Assembly (NCBI GenBank): GCA_964057225.1 | Contig: OZ059898.1 | Location: forward strand, 18,104,001 to 18,168,000 | Direction of reading: 5' to 3' | DNA from: Auanema rhodensis | Lineage: Eukaryota; Animalia; Nematoda | Length of the DNA stretch: 64,000 nucleotides | In this document: in pieces, positions 54,744-64,000 of the stretch | How the letters are laid out: every line of letters begins with the position of its first letter | Position numbering within the stretch: the first letter of the stretch is position 1 | Position numbers and translations under genes: made by a program | The notes under the pieces: generated by a model | Seen by the model: only the letters and a program-made list of their open reading frames with translations | Databases searched by the model: none | Told to the model about the DNA's origin: nothing

Positions 54744-56849
54744 AAAAAATTTTTGTCAAAATGTTTTTGGAAGCAATGTTGAGTGTACATGGAAACTCAA
54801 CATACACTAATGCATCATTTTTCAAACGATCATAACTAATTTTTGTATTAAGCGTTTTTCAAAGTAGTATAGTGCATTCGATGCGGATTTTTAAGCTGCG
54901 TCGATCTGTGTTATCAGATTTGCGCTAGCTTAAAAATGCACCGAGATATCAACTGATATAAGTTCACACTTATATCCTCGATTTTCACCCTGAAGAATTA
55001 ATTTTTTTGTTGAATAACATTGTCCATCGTCTTTGCCTTGAAAAAAGGAATCTAAAAACATCTACTTTTTGCTAAATTATTTTGAAATTTTTTGAAAAAA
55101 TTTTTGTCAAAATGTTTTTGGAAGCAATGTTGAGTGTACATGGAAACTCAACATACACTAATGCATCATTTTTCAAACGATCATAACTAATTTTTGTATA
55201 AAGCGTTTCTCAATGTAGTATAGTGCATTCGATGCGGATTTTTAAGCTGCGTCGATCTGTGTTATCAGATTTGCGCTAGCTTAAAAATGCACCGAGATAT
55301 CAACTGATATAAGTTCACACATATATCCTCGATTTTCACCCTGAAGAATTAATTTTTTCGTTGAAAAACATTTTCCATCGTGTTTGCCTTGAAAAAAGGA
55401 ATCTAAAAACATCTACTTTTTGCTAAATTATTTTGAAATTTTTCGAAAAAATTTTTGTCAAAATGTTTTTGGAAGCAATGTTGAGTGTACATGGAAACTC
55501 AACATACACTAATGCATCATTTTTCAAACGATCATAACTAATTTTTGTATTAAGCGGTTCTCAATGTAGTATAGTGCATTCGATGCGGATTTTTAAGCTG
55601 CGTCGATCTGTGTTATCAGATTTGCGCTAGCTTAAAAATGCACCGAGATATCAACTGATATAAGTTCACACTTATATCCTCGATTTTCACCCTGAAGAAT
55701 TAATTTTTTCGTTGAATAACATTGTCCATCGTCTTTGCCTTGAAAAAAGGAATCTAAAAACATCTACTTTTTGCTAAATTATTCTGAAATTTTTCGAAAA
55801 AATTTTTGTCAAAATGTTTTTGGAAGCAATGTTGAGTGTACATGGAAACTCAACATACACTAATGCATCATTTTCAAACGATCATAACTAATTTTTGTAT
55901 TAAGCGTTTCTCAATGTAGTATAGTGCATTCGATGCGGATTTTTAAGCTGCGTCGATCTGTGTTATCAGATTTGCGCTAACTTAAAAATGCACCGAGATA
56001 TCAACTGATATAAGTTCACACTTATTTCCTCGATTTTCACCCTGAAGAATTAATTTTTTCGTTGAATAACATTGTCCATCGTCTTTGCCTTGAAAAAAGG
56101 AATCTAAAAACATCTACTTTTTGCTAAATTATTTTGAAATTTTTTGAAAAAATTTTTGTCAAAATGTTTTTGGAAGCAATGTTGAGTGTACATGGAAACT
56201 CAACATACACTAATGCATCATTTTTCAAACGATCATAACTAATTTTTGTATTAAGCGCTTCTCAATGTAGTATAGTGCATTCGATGCGGATTTTTTAAGC
56301 TGCGTCGATCTGTGTTATCAGATTTGCGCTAGCTTAAAAATGCACCGAGATATCAACTGATATAAGTTCACACTTATATCCTCGATTTTCACCCTGAAGA
56401 ATTAATTTTTTCGTTGAATAACATTGTCCATCGTCTTTGCCTTGAAAAAAGGAATCTAAAAACATCTTCTTTTTGCTAAATTATTTTGAAATTTTTTGAA
56501 AAAATTTTTGTCAAAATGTTTTTGGAAGCAATGTTGAGTGTACATGGAAACTCAACATACACTAATGCATCATTTTTCAAACGATCATAACTAATTTTTG
56601 TATAAAGCGTTTCTCAATGTAGTATAGTGCATTCGATGCGGATTTTTAAGCTGCGTCGATCTGTGTTATCAGATTTGCGCTAGCTTAAAAATGCACCGAG
56701 ATATCAACTGATATAAGTTCACACTTATTTCCTCGATTTTCACCCTGAAGAATTAATTTTTTCGTTGAAAAACATTTTCCATCGTGTTTGCCTTGAAAAA
56801 AGGAATCTAAAAACATCTACTTTTTGCTAAATTATTTTGAAATTTTTCG

Positions 56850-59800
56850 AAAAAATTTTTGTCAAAATGTTTTTGGAAGCAATGTTGAGTGTACATGGAA
56901 ACTCAACATACACTAATGCATCATTTTTCAAACGATCATAACTAATTTTTGTATTAAGCGTTTCTCAATGTAGTATAGTGCATTCGATGCAGATTTTTAA
57001 GCTGCGTCGATCTGTGTTATCAGATTTGCGCTAGCTTAAAAATGCACCGAGATATCAACTGATATAAGTTCACACTTATTTCCTCGATTTTCACCCTGAA
57101 GAATTAATTTTTTCGTTGAATAACATTGTCCATCGTCTTTGCCTTGAAAAAAGGAATCTAAAAACTTCTACTTTTTGCTAAATTATTTTGAAATTTTTTG
57201 AAAAAATGTTTGTCAAAATGTTTTTGGAAGCAATGTTGAGTGTACATGGAAACTCAACATACACTAATGCATCATTTTTCAAACGATCATAACTAATTTT
57301 TGTATTAAGCGTTTCTCAATGTAGTATAGTGCATTCGATGCGGATTTTTAAGCTGCGTCGATCTGTGTTATCAGATTTGCGCTAGCTTAAAAATGCACCG
57401 AGATATCAACTGATATAAGTTCACACTTATATCCTCGATTTTCACCCTGAAGAATTAATTTTTTCGTTGAATAACATTGTCCATCGTCTTTGCCTTGAAA
57501 AAAGAAATCTAAAAACATCTTCTTTTTGCTAAATTATTCTGAAATTTTTTGAAAAAATTTTTGTCAAAATGTTTTTGGAAGCAATGTTGAGTGTACATGG
57601 AAACTCAACATACACTAATGCATCATTTTTCAAACGATCATAACTAATTTTTGTATAAAGCGTTTCTCAATGTAGTATAGTGCATTCGATGCGGATTTTT
57701 AAGCTGCGTCGATCTGTGTTATCAGATTTGCGCTAGCTTAAAAATGCACCGAGATATCAACTGATATAAGTTCACACTTATTTCCTCGATTTTCACCATG
57801 AAGAATTAATTTTTTCGTTGAATAACATTGTCCATCGTCTTTGCCTTGAAAAAAGGAATCTAAAAACATCTACTTTTTGCTAAATTATTTTGAAATTTTT
57901 TGAAAAAATTTTTGTCAAAATGTTTTTGGAAGCAATGTTGAGTGTACATGGAAACTCAACATACACTAATGCATCATTTTTCAAACGATCATAACTAATT
58001 TTTGTATAAAGCGTTTCTCAATGTAGTATAGTGCATTCGATGCGGATTTTTAAGCTGCGTCGATCTGTGTTATCAGATTTGCGCTAGCTTAAAAATGCAC
58101 CGAGATATCAACTGATATAAGTTCACACTTATTTCCTCGATTTTCACCCTGAAGAATTAATTTTTTCGTTGAATAACATTGTCCATCGTCTTTGCCTTGA
58201 AAAAAGGAATCTAAAAACATCTACTTTTTGCTAAATTATTTTGAAATTTTTTGAAAAAATTTTTGTCAAAATGTTTTTGGAAGCAATGTTGAGTGTACAT
58301 GGTAACTCAACATACACTAATGCATCATTTTTCAAACGATCATAACTAATTTTTGTATTAAGCGTTTCTCAATGTAGTATAGTGCATTCGATGCGGATTT
58401 TTAAGCTGCGTCGATCTGTGTTATCAGATTTGCGCTAGCTTAAAAATGCACCGAGACATCAACTGATATAAGTTCACACTTATATCCTCGATTTTCACCC
58501 TGAAGAAATAATTTTTTCGTTGAATAACATTGTCCATCGTCTTTGCCTTGAAAAAAGGAATCTAAAAACATCTACTTTTTGCTAAATTATTTTGAAATTT
58601 TTCGAAAAAATTTTTGTCAAAATGTTTTTGGAAGCAATGTTGAGTGTACATGGAAACTCAACATACACTAATGCATTATTTTTCAAACGATCATAACTAA
58701 TTTTTGTATTAAGCGTTTCTCAATGTAGTATATTGCATTCGATGCGGATTTTTAAGCTGCGTCGATCTGTGTTATCAGATTTGCGCTAGCTTAAAAATGC
58801 ACCGAGATATCAACTGATATAAGTTCACACTTATATCCTCGATTTTCACCCTGAAGAATTAATTTTTTCGTTGAATAACATTGTCCATCGTCTTTGCCTT
58901 GAAAAAAGGAATCTAAAAACATCTACTTTTTGCTAAATTATTTTGAAATTTTTCGAAAAAATTTTTGTCAAAATGTTTTTGGAAGCAATGTTGAGTGTAC
59001 ATGGAAACTCAACATACACTAATGCATCATTTTTCAAACGATCATAACTAATTTTTGTATTAAGCGTTTCTCAATGTAGTATAGTGCATTCGATGCGGAT
59101 TTTTAAGCTGCGTCGATCTGTGTTATCAGATTTGCGCTAGCTTAAAAATGCACCGAGATATCAACTGATATAAGTTCACACTTATTTCCTCGATTTTCAC
59201 CCTGAAGAATTAATTTTTTCGTTGAATAACATTGTCCATCGTCTTTGCCTTGAAAAAAGGAATCTAAAAACTTCTACTTTTTGCTAAATTATTTTGAAAT
59301 TTTTTGAAAAAATGTTTGTCAAAATGTTTTTGGAAGCAATGTTGAGTGTACATGGAAACTCAACATACACTAATGCATCATTTTTCAAACGATCATAACT
59401 AATTTTTGTATTAAGCGTTTCTCAATGTAGTATAGTGCATTCGATGCGGATTTTTAAGCTGCGTCGATCTGTGTTATCAGATTTGCGCTAGCTTAAAAAT
59501 GCACCGAGATATCAACTGATATAAGTTCACACTTATATCCTCGATTTTCACCCTGAAGAATTAATTTTTTCGTTGAATAACATTGTCCATCGTCTTTGCC
59601 TTGAAAAAAGAAATCTAAAAACATCTTCTTTTTGCTAAATTATTTTGAAATTTTTTGAAAAAATTTTTGTCAAAATGTTTTTGGAAGCAATGTTCAGTGT
59701 ACATGGAAACTCAACATACACTAATGCATCATTTTTCAAACGATCATAACTAATTTTTGTATTAAGCGTTTCTCAATGTAGTATAGTGCATTCGATGCGG

Positions 59801-62114
59801 ATTTTTAAGCTGCGTCGATCTGTGTTATCAGATTTGCGCTAGCTTAAAAATGCACCGAGATATCAACTGATATAAGTTCACACTTATTTCCTCGATTTTC
59901 ACCATGAAGAATTAATTTTTTCGTTGAATAACATTGTCCATCGTCTTTGCCTTGAAAAAAGGAATCTAAAAACATCTACTTTTTGCTAAATTATTTTGAA
60001 ATTGTTTGAAAAAATTTTTGTCAAAATGTTTTTGGAAGCAATGTTGAGTGTACATGGAAACTCAACATACACTAATGCATCATTTTTCAAACGATCATAA
60101 CTAATTTTTGTATAAAGCGTTTCTCAATGTAGTATAGTGCATTCGATGCGGATTTTTAAGCTGCGTCGATCTGTGTTATCAGATTTGCGCTAGCTTAAAA
60201 ATGCACCGAGATATCAACTGATATAAGTTCACACTTATTTCCTCGATTTTCACCCTGAAGAATTAATTTTTTCGTTGAATAACATTGTCCATCGTCTTTG
60301 CCTTGAAAAAAGGAATCTAAAAACATCTACTTTTTGCTAAATTATTTTGAAATTTTTTGAAAAAAGTTTTGTCAAAATGTTTTTGGAAGCAATGTTGAGT
60401 GTACATGGAAACTCAACATACACTAATGCATTATTTTTCAAACGATCATAACTAATTTTTGTATTAAGCGTTTCTCAATGTAGTATATTGCATTCGATGC
60501 GGATTTTTAAGCTGCGTCGATCTGTGTTATCAGATTTGCGCTAGCTTAAAAATGCACCGAGATATCAACTGATATAAGTTCACACTTATATCCTCGATTT
60601 TCACCCTGAAGAATTAATTTTTTCGTTGAATAACATTGTCCATCGTCTTTGCCTTGAAAAAAGGAATCTAAAAACATCTTCTTTTTGCTAAATTATTTTG
60701 AAATTTTTTGAAAAAATTTTTGTCAAAATGTTTTTGGAAGCAATGTTGAGTGTACATGGAAACTCAACATACACTAATGCATCATTTTTCAAACGATCAT
60801 AACTAATTTTTGTATAAAGCGTTTCTCAATGTAGTATAGTGCATTCGATGCGGATTTTTAAGCTGCGTCGATCTGTGTTATCAGATTTGCGCTAGCTTAA
60901 AAATGCACCGAGATATCAACTGATATAAGTTCACACTTATTTCCTCGATTTTCACCATGAAGAATTAATTTTTTCGTTGAATAACATTGTCCATCGTCTT
61001 TGCCTTGAAAAAAGGAATCTAAAAACATCTACTTTTTGCTAAATTATTTTGAAATTTTTTGAAAAAATTTTTGTCAAAATGTTTTTGGAAGCAATGTTGA
61101 GTGTACATGGAAACTCAACATACACTAATGCATCATTTTTCAAACGATCATAACTAATTTTTGTATAAAGCGTTTCTCAATGTAGTATAGTGCATTCGAT
61201 GCGGATTTTTAAGCTGCGTCGATCTGTGTTATCAGATTTGCGCTAGCTTAAAAATGCACCGAGATATCAACTGATATAAGTTCACACTTATTTCCTCGAT
61301 TTTCACCCTGAAGAATTAATTTTTTCGTTGAATAACATTGTCCATCGTCTTTGCCTTGAAAAAAGGAATCTAAAAACATCTACTTTTTGCTAAATTATTT
61401 TGAAATTTTTTGAAAAAATTTTTGTCAAAATGTTTTTGGAAGCAATGTTGAGTGTACATGGAAACTCAACATACACTAATGCATCATTTTTCAAACGATC
61501 ATAACTAATTTTTGTATTAAGCGTTTCTCAATGTAGTATAGTGCATTCGATGCGGATTTTTAAGCTGCGTCGATCTGTGTTATCAGATTTGCGCTAGCTT
61601 AAAAATGCACCGAGACATCAACTGATATAAGTTCACACTTATATCCTCGATTTTCACCCTGAAGAAATAATTTTTTCGTTGAATAACATTGTCCATCGTC
61701 TTTGCCTTGAAAAAAGGAATCTAAAAACATCTACTTTTTGCTAAATTATTTTGAAATTTTTCGAAAAAATTTTTGTCAAAATGTTTTTGGAAGCAATGTT
61801 GAGTGTACATGGAAACTCAACATACACTAATGCATTATTTTTCAAACGATCATAACTAATTTTTGTATTAAGCGTTTCTCAATGTAGTATATTGCATTCG
61901 ATGCGGATTTTTAAGCTGCGTCGATCTGTGTTATCAGATTTGCGCTAGCTTAAAAATGCACCGAGATATCAACTGATATAAGTTCACACTTATATCCTCG
62001 ATTTTCACCCTGAAGAATTAATTTTTTCGTTGAAAAACATTTTCCATCGTGTTTGCCTTGAAAAAAGGAATCTAAAAACATCTACTTTTTGCTAAATTAT
62101 TTTGAAATTTTTCG
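56850..62114. repeat. Overlapping duplications with 6-monomer (2106 bp) and 9-monomer (3159 bp) offsets
   Basis: aaaacttcta at 57166/59272 (2106); caccatgaa at 57798/60957 and gagacatc at 58457/61616 (both 3159). Confidence 0.8.
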
Positions 62115-64000
62115 AAAAAATTTTTGTCAAAATGTTTTTGGAAGCAATGTTGAGTGTACATGGAAACTCAACATACACTAATGCATCATTTTTCAAACGA
62201 TCATAACTAATTTTTGTATAAAGCGTTTCTCAATGTAGTATAGTGCATTCGATGCGGATTTTTAAGCTGCGTCGATCTGTGTTATCAAATTTGCGCTAGC
62301 TTAAAAATGCACCGAGATATCAACTGATATAAGTTCACACTTATTTCCTCGATTTTCACCCTGAAGAATTAATTTTTTCGTTGAATAACATTGTCCATCG
62401 TCTTTGCCTTGAAAAAAGGAATCTAAAAACATCTACTTTTTGCTAAATTATTTTGAAATTTTTTGAAAAAATTTTTGTCAAAATGTTTTTGGAAGCAATG
62501 TTGAGTGTACATGGAAACTCAACATACACTAATGCATCATTTTTCAAACGATCATAACTAATTTTTGTATTAAGCGTTTCTTAATGTAGTATAGTGCATT
62601 CGATGCGGATTTTTAAGCTGCGTCGATCTGTGTTATCAGATTTGCGCTAGCTTAAAAATGCACCGAGATATCAACTGATATAAGTTCACACTTATTTCCT
62701 CGATTTTCACCATGAAGAATTAATTTTTTCGTTGAATAACATTGTCCATCGTCTTTGCCTTGAAAAAAGGAATCTAAAAACATCTACTTTTTGCTAAATT
62801 ATTTTGAAATTTTTTGAAAAAATTTTTGTCAAAATGTTTTTGGAAGCAATGTTGAGTGTACATGGAAACTCAACATACACTAATGCATCATTTTTCAAAC
62901 GATCATAACTAATTTTTGTATTAAGCGTTTCTCAATGTAGTATAGTGCATTCGATGCGGATTTTTAAGCTGCGTCGATCTGTGTTATCAGATTTGCGCTA
63001 GCTTAAAAATGCACCGAGATATCAACTGATATAAGTTCACACTTATATCCTCGATTTTCACCCTGAAGAATTAATTTTTTCGTTGAAAAACATTTTCCAT
63101 CGTGTTTGCCTTGAAAAAAGGAATCTAAAAACATCTACTTTTTGCTAAATTATTTTGAAATTTTTCGAAAAAATTTTTGTCAAAATGTTTTTGGAAGCAA
63201 TGTTGAGTGTACATGGAAACTCAACATACACTAATGCATCATTTTTCAAACGATCATAACTAATTTTTGTATAAAGCGTTTCTCAATGTAGTATAGTGCA
63301 TTCGATGCGGATTTTTAAGCTGCGTCGATCTGTGTTATCAAATTTGCGCTAGCTTAAAAATGCACCGAGATATCAACTGATATAAGTTCACACTTATTTC
63401 CTCGATTTTCACCCTGAAGAATTAATTTTTTCGTTGAATAACATTGTCCATCGTCTTTGCCTTGAAAAAAGGAATCTAAAAACATCTACTTTTTGCTAAA
63501 TTATTTTGAAATTTTTTGAAAAAATTTTTGTCAAAATGTTTTTGGAAGCAATGTTGAGTGTACATGGAAACTCAACATACACTAATGCATCATTTTTCAA
63601 ACGATCATAACTAATTTTTGTATTAAGCGTTTCTCAATGTAGTATAGTGCATTCGATGCGGATTTTTAAGCTGCGTCGATCTGTGTTATCAGATTTGCGC
63701 TAGCTTAAAAATGCACCGAGATATCAACTGATATAAGTTCACACTTATATCCTCGATTTTCACCCTGAAGAATTAATTTTTTCGTTGAAAAACATTTTCC
63801 ATCGTGTTTGCCTTGAAAAAAGGAATCTAAAAACATCTACTTTTTGCTAAATTATTTTGAAATTTTTCGAAAAAATTTTTGTCAAAATGTTTTTGGAAGC
63901 AATGTTGAGTGTACATGGAAACTCAACATACACTAATGCATCATTTTTCAAACGATCATAACTAATTTTTGTATTGAGCGTTTCTCAATGTAGTATAGTG

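Larger units (their letters stand above)
1..64000. repeat. Tandem satellite DNA array, 351-bp monomer, ~182.4 head-to-tail copies
   Basis: The anchor gtcaaaatgtttttggaagc starts at 12, 363, 714 and 1065 (period 351). Monomer starts can be followed without a break to 63870 once occasional +/-1 homopolymer indels and one 25-bp deletion are allowed for. No unique sequence anywhere. Confidence 0.99.
37214..64000. repeat. Second, partial copy of a ~35-40 kb macro-repeat, homologous to ~1-25000
   Basis: Collinear rare markers: gaagaact 606/37819, caaacaatc 1138/38351, gcggtt 20474/55557, 1-bp T deletion ~20790/~55873, gcgcttctc 21175/56258, gagacatc 21267/61616, ttatcaaat 21939/62288. Confidence 0.8.

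Noticed and set aside
1-64000. Giant repetitive ORF, since 351 = 117 x 3 keeps the frame across monomers
   Set aside because: All six frames contain stops within monomer 1: on the + strand tga 37, taa 65 and taa 90; on the - strand tca/cta triplets start at 13, 54 and 116, covering all three phases.
1-64000. CRISPR-like array (palindromic repeats at regular spacing)
   Set aside because: There are no unique spacers: the sequence between hairpins is as conserved as the hairpins themselves. No cas genes or leader are present.

Overview
The whole 64 kb window is one uninterrupted head-to-tail satellite DNA array. The monomer is 351 bp and AT-rich (108/351 = 31% GC in monomer 1). Tracking monomer starts by hand gives 182 complete copies plus a 131-bp partial copy starting at 63870. 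All copies share one orientation and differ at roughly 20 recurrent diagnostic positions, a few 1-bp homopolymer indels and one 25-bp deletion. I see no genes, RNA genes, CRISPR spacers or transposon insertions. This looks like eukaryotic (peri)centromeric or heterochromatic satellite, and I cannot name the family or species. The structure worth attention sits at two scales. First, each monomer carries four dyad symmetries (three hairpins and one A/T palindrome across the junction) plus an A-tract block. Second, the variants form a nested hierarchy: local 2-, 3-, 5-, 6- and 9-monomer higher-order repeats (HORs) inside an apparent ~37 kb macro-repeat whose second copy starts near 37214. Other observations are one apparent long-range conversion event and a microhomology-flanked deletion of the junction palindrome. 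I found no evidence for a novel gene-based system. All variant typing was by eye and should be confirmed computationally.
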